From Takakia lepidozioides (lineage: Eukaryota > Plantae > Bryophyta): 64,000 nucleotides of DNA. Shown in pieces: positions 1 to 13,360 of the stretch. A model generated the notes under the pieces. It saw only the letters and a list, made by a program, of their open reading frames with translations, made no database searches and was not told where the DNA came from. The stretch covers positions 37,324,001-37,388,000 of the forward strand of contig CM060732.1 in NCBI GenBank assembly GCA_030704615.1, in the 5' to 3' direction. Made by a program: the position numbers and the translations under genes. The first letter of the stretch is position 1; each line of letters starts with the position of its first letter.

Positions 1-916
1 TTACATACACACCTCCATGGAGGGAGGTGGTTGTAGTAAGCCACTACAATGAACCACGTTCAGGAAATGGAACCCGAGATCTTAACTGACACTTCTTCAT
101 CAACCTACCACCAGACCACAACCTCCACCACGCCAAACAAACGGAGTTTTCTGCATATATAAGAGAAACGAGGAATAGGGATCGTTTTAATGTAGCGGGG
201 CCGCTGTCAGGTCCCTGTCCCTGCACCCTGCGGCCTCCTTACGACGAGGCCACACAAAATTCTGAGGCATACCAGTGGCCGGTTATTTGAATTGGCAAGT
301 AACTGCAGGTTATACCTATCTAGCCATAAAAAGTTTAATAACCGCAACCGGAACCGCCGGTTACGAAAAAAACCAAATAACCGCCCACAACCCCAAAGTG
401 GACAGGAGCCGAAAGGTGAAGTGACTCTTAGTTATGCTGGCTCTGCAAAAAGACTGTGCTGGCTTGGCCAGAGTCTTCTCTCTACCACACGCCACAAGGT
501 AACAAAGATTTCAACCCAGACTCAGGATGCACTATCCATTGAGAGCATAAATTCACTACAAAATGTATTATGTAAAGCACTTGTTTGTAGCTATTATAGA
601 AAATAGGTGCAACTTTCAAACCCAGCTACTTAAAAAAAATCAGGCAGGTATTCAGGAGAAGTTGAATGAGAAGAAAAAAGGGTTGAAGAAAAGGACGCGG
701 AAACAGGGGACTAAAAAAAAAACCAGCTAGGATTGTATCTAAGATCCAAATAAGCTAAATCAAGTACCCAATCTCACTCATCGCCTGGCCCACCACAACT
801 GATCAGCAACCAGTCTGTTGCTCCAGACTGCGCTCCAAGCTACCCATCTTTTTTTCTTTTTCTTTTTAATATATGTTTTTAGTCCAACTCTTTTTCTTTT
901 TTTTACTTCTTATAAC

Positions 917-962
917 AGGAAGGTGGACACCTTCATGACACACCAGACGGTGGTTTGAACCC
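917..962 (-). repeat. Short dispersed repeat with a B-box-like GGTTCAAACC (SINE-like fragment); second copy 16632-16676
   Basis: AGGAAGGTGGACACCT...TGGTTTGAACC occurs at both places. Confidence 0.4.
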
Positions 963-1649
963 AACCCCCCATCTTCAGATGTGAATCTTTTCTTTTTTGC
1001 CCTTTTAATCAAATTAAAAAATAAATGTTAACAGCAGTGGAAAAAATAACCAATGAGGGAGGCCGTGGAGGCCAAACTGGGAGAAAAACTTGCTTGTTAG
1101 AGCAGATCAGCCATCTCCACAGCCTCATGTGATACTTGTGGTGTCTCATCAGTCAGGGATGTTTCCAAAGCTCATAAGGCTTCAGTTGTTGGCTGCAGAG
1201 GTTGCTGATTATGAAGCTAATACAGAAAAATATCCCAGTCATTTGCAATGTGACCAACGACTCTGTTGTTGAATGAGTACTCCCTCGTATCTTTCGCCAT
1301 TTTGAGCATAAGAAAAGAAGGGGGACTCCTCCCCAAGGAAATGTACGTTATATCGTGTCGTCTCTTTGTCTCGAAGGATTACTGCCTTCCCTTGGACCTA
1401 TGGCTGATCTGGGAAGAGGCGGTTTGTCTTTGGGTGCAGACTCGCAAGGCAGGGTGTATCACGTGGGTAAGACCCCACCAGCCCTATATGGAAACCGAGG
1501 CCTACATCTCGCTTTTGAAAGAAAGAAACTGAAGGACGGCCCTTGAAGAGACAACATACCACAGATGTGTTTGTGGTTCAAACTAAAAGAAGTGGGTGGG
1601 GCCCTGGACAATCATCTGCTTGACATAAGAGGTGGGAATGTCTAGCGCA

Positions 1650-3220
1650 ATTTCATGGCACGCAGAAAGTTGAATGCATGACGATCTTGCAAGCACGGAC
1701 CAAATCAGGAAGAGGGACAAGGGACGGTGGGTCCTGCTGCAAAGTCAGTCGGTGCAGGCATATCCATGTTGGGGATGCTCTGAATATGGTGGGCAAGCAG
1801 CAGTACATTGGGAGGCGGCAGCTTGGTGGGTCCACTAGCACAGAGCATTTTTGGGGGACCAGAATCTTCATAATGGGATGTCTTGATTCCCTTCCATGTA
1901 ATCTGAACGCTTGCACCCATATGTAATACATTGACCTGGCCTCGTCCACCCGATCCCCTTGACACACTTCAGTACTGCTGCTGATTGCACAGTAAACACT
2001 CCAATGGGGATGGGGATATGCGATGGTTCCTCATATCTTTCTTTGTTTCAATGGTGCAATCTTTCGGAGCCATATGTTCAGCTTGTGTATTCAGTTGCAC
2101 GATCAATTAGAACCAAGCAAAGCATAGTGAAAAAGCCTTGTAAATTGCATTTAACTCGTTTGTGTACAGAACAGACCCACCTCTCTTCAATATCGCCTGT
2201 GCCGCCAATTGCAACAGCAGTTAGGTGCATACATCGCCTACTACTTATTTCCAACTCAGTTCCAGTCACAAATCACTCCATTTATCTTTCTCTTCTCTTG
2301 ATGGAAACAAGTAATTCATTAGGTGTTAGACCACAAATTCTAGAACATTCTATTTCAGAATCCCACAGGCTATGTGCATCAGATGTCTACTTCAGCCGAG
2401 GACCATTCAGAGTGACAGGACTAGAACCCTGAGGACAAAACAAAGAGGGGAAAATGTGCTCACTGACCAGTGATACATTGGCCCGTAAAAGCTTTGTGCC
2501 AACACATTCTGGTAACTAGTTCCTGTTCTTTCGTTATCCACATCGTATTATTCTGCCATAGAGCTCATGCACAGCACAGCACAACCAGCAACCGATCTGA
2601 ACAATTGAGGACAAATATAGGGACTATCTCTAAAGGAACTACCACACAAAACTGCTATTTCCAACCATACACCTTGCCCATGGACAGTATTGCCATATCT
2701 GGCTCTGGAAGTACCTGTCTCCAAGTGGTGTATTGAGAGAAACCATGCCAAGCTCTGCTCCTCCTAAATACAGGGGGAAGAACCTTGACCTCATAGTGTG
2801 GGTCTATGAAGAGGCACAGCCACAGTATATTGCATCGCAGCGTGCACCACCTGGTGGAGCCTGTCAGAGCAGGCTGTGGCCGCCGTGACACGTGTGTCTA
2901 CTAATGTGCAAGCCTGACTGCATTCTATCTATCTCCTGCATTCTATCTACCTGCACCAACCCAGTTTGAACATCAATTAGAGAATTTGTACTGCACCTGC
3001 AAGACGGGGGCAAGACCAGAACACACCTCCTGAAAAAGTTCTGCAGATCAAATCAGGTTTAGCTGTCCAGACATTTGGGACATCCTGAATTGAGCGAGAT
3101 ATGCCACAGAATACGATACACTTACTGGAGCAAGACATTGCCTGAAACTGAAGGCCAGTGTGCCTTGGTCCGCCAGAGAAATAATCATCCCAGTAGGTCA
3201 TGAATCCTCAAGGTTAATTC
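1650..3220 (-). pseudogene. Possible remnant of an alpha/beta-hydrolase plus NB-ARC gene (HNL-like)
   Basis: Fragments in the expected order across frames: IVFCG..VWT..IC (~3050-3120), GHSL (~2870), GMVSLNTP (~2730; cf. GxxFxxTPHxG), DAH (~2375), then LTAVAIGGTGDIEE..VHKRVK (~2150-2225; cf. P-loop region). Very degenerate. Confidence 0.35.
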
Positions 3221-3449
3221 TGACCAGGCAGTCATGCCCCTACTAGTACTTGAATTGATTGTCACTATTTTCCCTATCTTCCTTGAATTTTTCCACCTGG
3301 TTCATGGGGTCACCAAATTCATAGTAGACAGCACCATGATTTCAGAAGATAACAGCCCAGGGGACTGCGAACCTTTTATGAGCTCAAGGTGCAGAGTGCT
3401 TGGCTTTAGTATAGGTGGGTTCTGGACCCATCCAGTACCACAAACTGGG

Positions 3450-5310
3450 TGTGGTACTGGGTAACTCAAAATCTTCTCAAAGGTTTGCAAACCTGAACAG
3501 CCGGATACCTTTATGTAAGGTTGCGTGCATGAAGCATTGCAGGGGGAGTTTGAAGTTTAAATGGTGGTATCCACAAGGAATTGAGCTAAACAAAGAGCTG
3601 GACAGCGAAAGCCTACCCAAGTAGCCAAGCTGGTTGGCTCTGACAACTGCACAAACTCTTTTGGTTTCTCCCGGTCAGAAGCTCCAGAAGCAGAATTCCA
3701 AAACTGTACACATCAATCTTCTCAGACATGCCTCCCAAGACATGCCTCCCATGTCTGCATATTCGAGTGCAGCATACCCACTCATCACTACTGTAGCCAC
3801 CACCTTCCACCTGGATGTTGTAGCAAATCGGAAAACACCAATGTCTGCCAGCTTGGCTTCCAGGTAATCATCAGTCAAGACATTCCCGGCTGTCAGAATG
3901 CAACGGACATATACGGACCACAGTCATGGTGCAGATAGGCCAAGGCTTTTGTCACCCCCAGTCGGAATCGCAGCGCAGAGGCCATGCCATGCCAACGGCC
4001 AACCTTCCTCCCTGGTGGAGAACAGAAGATTCAAAACATCACTTGAAGACTTCTATTTTACCCTTGTGCTTTCTCTGGCAAGCTCTTTTGAGACAAACTC
4101 CAGGCGGAGTGCAGCTTCCTACATATGTCAGCTGAAATGGGAGACCTTGGATGGCCAAAAACCTTATGGGGAGGCCCACAAAAAAGCCTCTATTGACACA
4201 AGGTAGTAGAAGAGGGGAACCATAATAATACAACCATTGAAGTTACTATAGCAACTTCAATGATACCTGAAGTCAAGCCAATGACTGCTCCCATGTGTCT
4301 CAGATGTTGTGTTCCACCTGGAAGAATGGCCACATAATGTAAAAACAGGTGTCCCGTATTCCGCCCTTGTTCTATCAGATTTTGATCTACTGTCTTCCTC
4401 GAAATGCTTCCTCAAAACAGGCTTGTGGGTAGTACTACATGACCATCAATAATTGTAAAAAGAACAAAATCTGTTGAATTAGGAGAAACATGGAAATAAA
4501 AGGCATGTATACAGCGTTTGTGTTGTTTTGTGGATGGTGGAAGGGGGCCCTTACCAATAATTGGAGAGGAAGGTCCATACCCTTGAGCGTAACTGACCGA
4601 GTTTGGCCATGTCCCATCGTCTTTTGCCCCCAAGAAACTGCCTCCACATCCAATTAGCTTTGTTAGTGTTGCTGAAAGAAACATACATGCTGTTATATAT
4701 ATGAAAGAGTACAAGGTACAGATTGTCACTAACCAGACCGCTCCTGGTGGAGTGTCGCTCGCTCATGGAAAGAGGGACTAATGCCTGCAGTTAAAACTGC
4801 ACTTGAATCTCACAAAACCATTCTTGAGAAGAAAGTGAAAACACGAAGGGAACCAAAAGACTCCCAATTTACACTCCCACTCCAACGTAATAGAGGCCAG
4901 CTTACCCATGAGCTGTCCTCGACCATAAGAGAAAGTGTAGAACCTGGGCCCTAAGTAGTTAAACTGGTTTACCTTTTGAAGTTCCAAGAAAAGCTGCTTA
5001 AAACAATGGGAGAGTCCTGTTTACTGTTTGCAATTAAGGGCTCTGATTTGTGCAAAACATGTGCAGCTGCAATTATCGAGATATAGGGCACTGCTTCATT
5101 TGCCTTTGCACATAAAACATCATCCCCAGTGCAGGCCATGAAATTTTGAAAGTGGACATCCAAAGAGATAAGAGGATAGGAGGGAATGATAAGACAGAAG
5201 AATACAACGAAACAACATACGGGCCGCTTATTGGAGTCTCCTTAAGAGCAAAAAACGGAGAGGCAGTGCAGGAAACAAGAGGTAAGGAGACACAAGCACG
5301 ATGATGCAAC
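3450..5310 (-). pseudogene. Degenerate L-type lectin receptor-like kinase (frameshifts and stops)
   Basis: Kinase motifs across frames: KALAYLHHDCGP, AGNVLTDDYLEAKLADIG, GYAALEY, SEKIDVYSFGILLLELLTGR (3620-3960). Upstream are lectin-like SSFSWNF and SMYVSFSNT (cf. MYVGFSAST) and a hydrophobic TM-like stretch (~4440-4510). The kinase call is secure; the lectin call is weaker. Confidence 0.6.
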
Positions 5311-5403
5311 CAACCTGGAATGCTGAAACCTTTCTGATAATAGAGATGAATTTATAGTCCATCCCTCATTGTCAAAACATCCCTGCGGTGCACAGCCTGC
5401 ACA
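5229..5403. repeat. Dispersed direct repeat, copy 1 (copy 2 at 16385-16531)
   Basis: TATTGGAGTCTCCTTAAGAGCAA..ACGGAGAGGCA...GATGCAACCAACCT...GCACAGCCT shared with 16385-16531. Confidence 0.85.
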
Positions 5404-6705
5404 TGTCAGGAGGATACCAGGATCTTGATACTTTCTCCAACCTCTGCGGTAGGTCTTGTAGAAGGAATTAAAATGTCCTTGTTCTTTATAAGGTCTGCGG
5501 AAAGCTTGGTGTCTTCCAGAGACTTAATGCAGCTTATCCTTTTGTATTGAAGTCCTGGCTTCTTCCCCTTGTGGCACCTCATGGCTTCGATAAGAGCACA
5601 CTCTTCCCCTCATTGTCTCCACCATGCTTGGGTGGCATTATCTTACAAGGAAGGGGATTTAATTGATACTCTCCCTTAATATGGCTACACCCACAGCCTG
5701 TTTTACATGAGGCTCTCCACCTTTGAGAATCAATCAAAGTGGATTGCGATGGCTGTTTGCCCCACGTTTTCTGTCTTGCTTGTTTTCTACCTATTTCCCA
5801 AGTTTGCCCCATAAGCTCAGTGAGCTTCCCGTGTTCATTGTAAAGTTTCTATCTTTGTTTCTGCTTGTGAACCTGGTTTAGCCTTAACGGCAGTTGATGA
5901 CATCAAGCTAGTTTAACAGTTGTCGTTAGAGGAGTTCAAATTCCCTCTCCTCACATAAAGGAAGTATGGGGTAATAAGATGACAAAGTTCTGAGCATTGT
6001 AGAGCATTCGAAGCTCTACAAGGCCGCATTAAGTTGTTACCTCATTCCGAGTGTCTTGTGTCTTCCCAGTTGATAGCACATGTCCGTACGCACGTGGATG
6101 GCAACGCTAATCATGTTGGCGATATCGATGTTGTGTGAAATGGTAGGTCGTGCATGCAACCCGGGAGCATCTGTCCACCGAATAAGTACAATACAAACCG
6201 TCTTGATATGGAAATTAGTAATCAGCGAGGCTTGGCACCCACCCTGCTTACCATCGCCCTGTCCCCTACAACACCTAATACTGTGGTGCCGTCACACCCA
6301 CCGGCTGCATATCTATATAAAAGGGCCACGTTACAAGACAGACGGTTTTAACGTCACACAAATCTGTCGGTAAAGAGCCCCTCTTCGCTTATAAAAGCGA
6401 GCATTACTGTGGGTACAGTACAGATTCCGGACACAGCTGGGCAGCGCCTGACATCCACACAAGCGTCTTCATATTGGTCCACGATCATACTTATTGTAGT
6501 TTAATCCCTGTGTAGAGTTCCTGGCCGGCGCAAGGAAATCTCCAGACTCGGTTAGGGCGTGGTGCAGTGTACAAGAGTCTCATCACTCATCACCACCATC
6601 ATTAGTCGATCACTGCGAAACAGCCTTGCAGATCTTACCCACACAACAACTCTGTCAGCTTGGAGCTTGATTCCGAAATCGCAGCACGCTTCCGCCAGTC
6701 TTGCT

Positions 6706-8447
6706 ATGAAGGCTGAAGGACTTGTCGAACAGGATCGATCGAAACAAGTCGATGTCTCGTCGGATCCAATTCGGGAGTAAAGATTACATGCAGTCTGAAG
6801 AATGGACACCGCTGCAGTTGGCTGCCATCACCGGACATCGAGACATATTGAATCTGCTACTCAAGGTACGTGTTACATACTCGTACGTGTGATTGTCATA
6901 GCAAGTCAAATTGTACCAATCAACCTAAATATGTAGAGCAGTTTCATTCGGGCCTGATTCTAGAGTGGTCCAGGAATTACGGTGGCCCAGGAATTAGAGT
7001 GGGGCGCTTATGTAGGAAGGCCACGTAAGGGTATTAAGGAATGAGAAGAGGGGGTCCAAAAAAGAAGGGAGGAATTGGCCAAATTTAGTCCTGTAGGGTT
7101 GACGTGTGTCCAGGGCCTTCTAGAAGGGTCCCATCGCACTTATAGGGTATATAAGGGAGCCCCCCTTCTTACTACCTACTAAATTAGTAAATAGTGGGCT
7201 CTGCAAAGGTATGGCTCCCAAAAAAAAACAGCAAACATGAATCAATTAATTAATAGAAACCTCAATACCCTCTCAAGATCAGTAGGTAGTACATGGGTAC
7301 ATGGGTATTTCAGGTTGGACTCGATTCATTTGATTTAGCGGGTCAATGGATATGGCTAGGTCAAATTTCTTTTATATATTGATGTTGAGCGTATTCACAC
7401 CAAAAAAAAATGTCTTTACTTTGACAAATATTGGTTTGACATGATTCAAAGGCAATTGATTAGGGTCGAAGGGGTCGAAGGTTGGAGAAAGATTCAACTC
7501 CACGTGTTCTTGCATTGCATCTACTTGTTGCAAGAGGAAACGCTGAAGGCGTACGGCTATTGTTGGAAACAAGCAAATTTTGATCCATTCAAGGAGATGA
7601 AGAAGGTCACACTATTTTGCAGCATATGCCTTTTCGATGAGTATAGATTTGCGTTGCATCTTTGATTTCTCAAAAAAATTGGAATTTCGAAAAACACGCA
7701 AAACGAGATATCTATCTCATGGAAAGGGAATTGCCGGTGATTATAGTGGGAAGAAAGGATGTACCAATTTCCTGCTGCAAACAGGTCTCCACATCTCAAA
7801 ACCCGACATGAATAACTTAACTCCGGATCCTGGAGCCTTAGCTTGGTGGGAAGACCGCGCATGGTGGTTTGAGAAGGTAAGTATTGTAGCTGTGGATATT
7901 AAGAATAATCTCAGATCTGCTGCGTAGTAGTCCATAGGCCCCCAAAAACTATTCCTTGGAATCATGACCACGACCACAAGAGTGACAGCAACATTAGTGG
8001 CAACGGCGTCTTATGTGGGCCCATTGCAACCATCTCTCGGGCTATGCTACCTACGGTGATACCGTATCTTTGGACTACCAAAGTCTCCTGGTGAAAATCT
8101 TCATATTTTGTGATAATATGTCATTTTATCTTGCCGTGGCATGCATCGTGTTCGCTATGATTCCATCATTTTCACTCCACTACGAGGAGTTGAACCGGAC
8201 TCGAATAATTGTAGGTTGTGCAGCATGTGTGCTTTCAGCTTCTATCGTGTGTATTTTAGTCGCTTTTGCAGCATCCACCCTTGCAGTTTTGCGGGCAACA
8301 TGGAATCATAGAGTTTTAACTTACTTCACGGTTATGATTGGAGGAGTATTGTGTTTTGGGGTGTTGATCGCATTGATCATCCAACTTCTCAAACTAATAT
8401 TCTATAGATCTCGTGGGGACGAAACACGTATAGAAGGGACCACCTAG
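6706..8447 (+). pseudogene. Ankyrin-repeat plus PGG-domain transmembrane protein (ACD6/ITN1-like), disrupted
   Basis: Ankyrin WTPLQLAAITGHRDILNLLLK followed by donor AAG|GTACGT (~6865). Second ankyrin region LHLLVARGNAEGVRLLLE..GDEEGHTILQ (~7510-7625). PGG motif TATLVATASYVGPLQP, then TM helices (FIFCDNMSFYLAVACIVFA...) in ORF 8013-8447. Internal stops and frameshifts. Confidence 0.75.
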
Positions 8448-9040
8448 CCGTGTGGTAGGATACTGGTGCTTTGTCTGAATACAACCAAATGATGTTGGGT
8501 ACGGTCCTTCAAAAACGTTCATTGCAGTGATATCCATTCGCCCCTCGTTGAGCTTTGCCAATGTTTTTTGGACATGAAACAATTTCTATATCTACTGAGA
8601 TGTAAATTACAAGTGGGCACTCTAATCTATATATATATTATTTTTGGTTAACAGGGTTGGAGCCCTGGTTAACTTTATTCTGAAATTTTTTTGGTGGGCT
8701 TGACCCTTACATAGATGGTTATTGGGAGGGAAAAAATTAAACCCTCTGATTACGCCATAAGGCACACACACCGTAGTCACTGATTCGGAGCCTAACCACT
8801 CATGATGAGTAATAACGAACTGTCCGGCCTGAGGCCTTTTGTTTTTTTTGCTTAATGCTGCTAAGTGGTGGCGATCCCACCGGATTCGATAATGTGTGTT
8901 TCTCAAAACCATAGCTCCTGCAGTCAAAAACTAGCTACGGTTAGGCCTGCTCTAGCGGATTGCTTGCCCGACGGACCTAGCGGAAACTGAGCCTGGAGGC
9001 CTTTGATGATTGCTTAACGTGCTTCCAGTTGATATCCCTG

Positions 9041-12000
9041 TCAAACTCCGGCGAGGCTGTGGACGGTACCCGTGGCCTCTCTCCAAGCCCTTGGGGGCAG
9101 TTTGTTCCAGTCGCAGCGATCCGGATTGGGGTTGTTGCAGATGATCCCATTCCGTCCCCAGGTTGCAATGAAGGTAGAGTGTAGCTGGGAAGCATTTTGG
9201 TCCGATCGTGCTCTCTCGATATCTGCACATAGTTTTTTCCACGCTTTCCTGGCTTCAGTTTGTATGTCCATGTAGATTTTTGCGAGGAGTGAGGAAGTTC
9301 TAGTTGTTTTTGCATTGAAAGTTTTTTCGCATCTGATTTTCCAGAGGTGCCAGAGCGTAGCGCTTCTAAGAGTATCGTAAACTGGGCAGTGATTGGCTTT
9401 TGTTTTTGTTGTTGGGTCATAATTCAGCAGAATGGCCGCCGGTGTGAGGTTTATGTGTCCCCAGGTTCTGTAGAAGTTTGCGACGAGGGGCCAGACTGCA
9501 GCTGGTCCATGGCAATGGAGCAGACAGTGCTCTATTGTTTCCATTAGGGCAGCCGAACAGCATTTGCAGAGGAGGGCAACATCAAATCCCAACCATTCCC
9601 CCACTTTTATTGCCCTGTTTGCTATTTGCCAGAGAAACGCTGCTACCTTGGTTGGTCTTGTTTTGTTCCAGACCGTCCCTCAGATGGAGTTCCAGTTTTC
9701 AATCTGGAAGTTCAGGTGACTCCATCTTTCGTTCCATTTACCCAATAGGGGCTGGGGGTTCAGCATTGCCGAGTATGCTTTTTTGGTTGTGTACTCAAAA
9801 AAAGGCTTGGAGGATGGCCTGAAATTCCACTGCCACTCTTTGGGATCCATGTCCAGATCCTGTAGGGGTCTTCCACCAATCCAAACAAATGTTTGGTTGG
9901 CCAGCCAGCTAATCAGGGAAGTGGTGAGCGGTGGGAGAGGGTTCATCTCCTTAGTTGGGGATGACCACCAGCAGACCCTTATGGGGGTGTGGGTGAAACG
10001 AGGGGTGGCTAGGGGTTGACGGTTTTGAAGGGTAAGCCTCATGGAGTTCACTTCGCAGTGAAAGTGATATCCGTAGAATTGGTATTCGGTTTTTCTGGTG
10101 ACAAACAGATAATAATAGTGTTGTTGATTATTCCCAGCGTCCAGAAAGTGTCATTGGGCATTATTGGGCCTTTAATAAGGTTAGGTAGCCACAGTGCAAA
10201 CACTGATCGGAGAATGGTATCGTATGACTTGGTGGCTCTGACTGCACCTACGGAGGCTGCAATTTGATCTTTAGACCGGAAGCTGGTGTTCGACCAGATG
10301 TGTTTGACTTTATGAATGCCATGTACCTCCCAGGCAGACCATTTGCGAGCCTGGTTTTTGTGATCTGTATGTAGGATATTGGTATTGAGAAACAGGGATT
10401 GGCGGAAGGTTTCTTCGTACGATTGCGGGTCTGATTTTGTAAGATAGGGCCTGAGCTTGGCCCATGCTTGCCAAATTGCCGTCCACAGGGGGGATCCGAC
10501 TTGTTTATGTTTGAAGCCATTTACCATCCATCAGTAAGAAGGGTTCCAGATCACCGTCTTTAGTGGAGAGGCCAAGGCAATGTTGTCGCTTACCAGGTGT
10601 TTCCAGGCCCCTCCTTCTGGTCCCATAAATCTGGGGATCCATTTCGCTAGGAGTGCAGTAAACTGAGTTTGTGGGTCTATGATGCCCAGCCCCCCTTTCT
10701 TCTTTGGTAGGCATATCTGCTTCCACCACACCTGTGGCCTTTTTTTCTCTGAGGGGTGCTTTGCCCCCCAGACAAAGTTGCGCATGAGCTTTTTCATTTC
10801 ATTCACTAGTATTTCGTTGGGCCTCCATGCTGAGGCGAAATACCATTGGCCAGCTGATAGGACCTGATTGGCTACCGGCACCCTACCAGTTAAAGACAAA
10901 TGGTAGCTGCCCCAATGAGCCAGCTTGGTTTTAAATTTGGATTGCGTTGCCTCAAAAATCTGCTGATCTGATAGATCAATGCCATACGTATAACCTAGCA
11001 AGGTTGTTGATTGCCCTGGTTTCAGCCATCTAAGACCTTTATCCTGCCCCCAAGTTGGGTCAACTCCCAGAGTTGAGGCCGAGGTTTCTCCCACGAGAAG
11101 GGCACACGTTTTGCCCCAGTTGACCTTGAATCCAGAGGCTGTGAATGATTGTAGTAAACTGCTGGCACTATCTAAATTGGTGGCCTGTAAAGCTAAGAAC
11201 GTATCGTCTACGAACATGGATTCCTTAATTTGCCGCGGCTATCTAGTGAAGTGATTTGTGATATGAAGACCTGTGATGTGGTGACTTGCCTCCATCATAT
11301 GGCCCAGCGTGTCTGCTGCTATAATGAAGAGGAAGGGGGACAAGGGGCACCCCTAGCGTACCGACCGGAGCAGTGGAAATGACTTGATAGATGCCCGTTG
11401 AGGAGAGCCCTGTTGGACGACCCCATCAATAGTGTTTGAACCCTTGAGCAGAACTCCTGGGAAATTCCAACCCTGTGGAGTGCCCCGAGTAGGAAGGACC
11501 ACTCCACTCTATCGAATGCCTTTTCAAAGTCAAGAAGGAGCATTGCAATAGCCTGGTTGGTTTTTTTGCAAAGACTGGAATTTCCTGGGCCAACAGCAAG
11601 TTGTCTAGTATGTATCTGCCCTTAATGAAGCCAGTTTGGCTGGGTCTAATGATGACTGGGAGGTGGGGCTGCAGGCGGATTGCCAGAGCTTTGGCAATTA
11701 TCTTGTAGGCCACGTTCAGCAGGGTTATGGGTCTATAATTTCCAATGTTTGTTCTGTCCCCTTTCTTAAAAAGGAGGATGATAACCCCTTGTGATAGCTG
11801 GGGTGGCATGAGAAAGATGTGGTTGGCCATCTCCAAAAAATCTTGTGCTATGTGTGTCCACAACGATTTATAGAACTCGGCCGGGATGCCATCAAGGCTC
11901 GGGGATTTACCGTTCTGAAGCTTGTCCAGTGCGTCCTGCAGCTCTATGTCCGTGAATTCACCATCCAACGACTGGGCCTCCAAGGGATGCATCAGTTTAG

Positions 12001-13360
12001 GGGTGTGATCTAGGCTCTGGATCTATTCTGGGGTTAGGGGTTGGCAGCTCGAATCGCTGTGAAACTGGCTCCTGAAGTGGCTGGCTGCCAATGCCACCAG
12101 CTCCTTGGGAGTTTTTGCTGAATGGCCGGAGATAGGGTCCTTGAGTTCCGCGATCAAGTGGGCCACTCTTTTTTGCCTGGCTTTATCAAGAAAATATTTG
12201 GTCATCTTCTCACCCTTTGTTGACCAGTTTATACTAGCCTGGAGCCTAAACTTCTCTTCCTTAAGCGATTGTAAGAGTTCCATATTTTTCTTTGCCTCCA
12301 GATACGTTTGGTAAGTAGACTCATCACATCTAAGGGATTCCATTCTGGTTTGGCAAACCTTAAGGCATTTCGTCAAGGCTTGGAACTTCCTTTTCCTGGC
12401 TTCCGTGATTTGTTTGCTAAGCTTTTTGCTGGCTGCTGCTACTGCGTTCAACTTGAGAAGGAATCTGTCGACTGGGTCGGTAGAGCCATTCCCCGCTTGA
12501 GCCCAAGCTAGCGCTAATCCATGTTTGAAGGCTTGGGATGGAGAGGAGGGAGGTGTTCAGCCTATATATTCCTCTCCCCCTAGCTTGAGAGTTTGGGATG
12601 GATATTGTGGCTGACACCTGCGCATGGTCGAAGCCCACTGGAATGGGCTCTTGGCTATTTCGGGCTACCACTGGATGATATTTACTGATGCATAAATCCT
12701 ATCCAGTCTTGCCATGTTTAGGTGAGATAAATCCCGACCATTTGTCCATGTGAAGAATGGCTGATTGGCCCTATCTGTCTGCTGATGGATCCAGTCAGTC
12801 TCTACCAGGTTATGGTGGTTTTGGGCAACTAGTTGCCATGTATCCACATCCTCTGAGAGCTGTCCCGCCAATCCCAGGCCTCTTGTATCTGTGGCTTGCT
12901 CCACCATATTGAAGTCCCCAGCAACAATCCATTGGTGGATGCCATGTTGGGCCATCATGTTGGTGTTCAGTTCCGACCAGAAAGCTATTCTTTACTAGGT
13001 ACTATTTGGGGCATAAATGTTTACTAACCCCAGTGTGCTAAGGTTCTTGGGCAGGGCTAAGGAACAAAATTGGGCTCTACCTGATATCCAAGATTCTTCC
13101 GAGAGGATGAGAGTATGAGTGGTTGGCGAGAAAAGCATTGTCGTTCCTCCTCGAGTCCCCTCCAAGGTGGGTTTCCACAAGGATAAATTCCTTGGCCATA
13201 GGTGATCTGTAAGACTGTCTATTTTGGCCTGATTCTGTTTGTGCTCTTGAATGAAGACTATGGTTGTCTGGTTGACTAAGGGGCTAAGGTATGAGGATAG
13301 CCTTACTCTTTTGAGGGAGGAAGGGTCCAAGCCAGACCCCTTACGTTCCAGGACGTAAGG
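9041..13360 (-). pseudogene. LINE ORF2 (APE endonuclease, RT, zinc finger), frameshifted
   Basis: ORFs 12995-13330, 12665-12958, 11426-11992, 11319-11543, 10531-11217 and 9041-9604 carry canonical motifs in order. Confidence 0.9.

Noticed and set aside
278-395. hAT-like MITE end (TAACCG repeats)
   Set aside because: No paired TIR or 8-bp TSD found.
6932-7293. Solo LTR in the ankyrin gene intron
   Set aside because: TATA-like motif present but no convincing TG..CA boundaries with TSD.
8621-8830. Helitron 5' end (TCTATATATAT)
   Set aside because: No matching 3' hairpin-CTRR identified.
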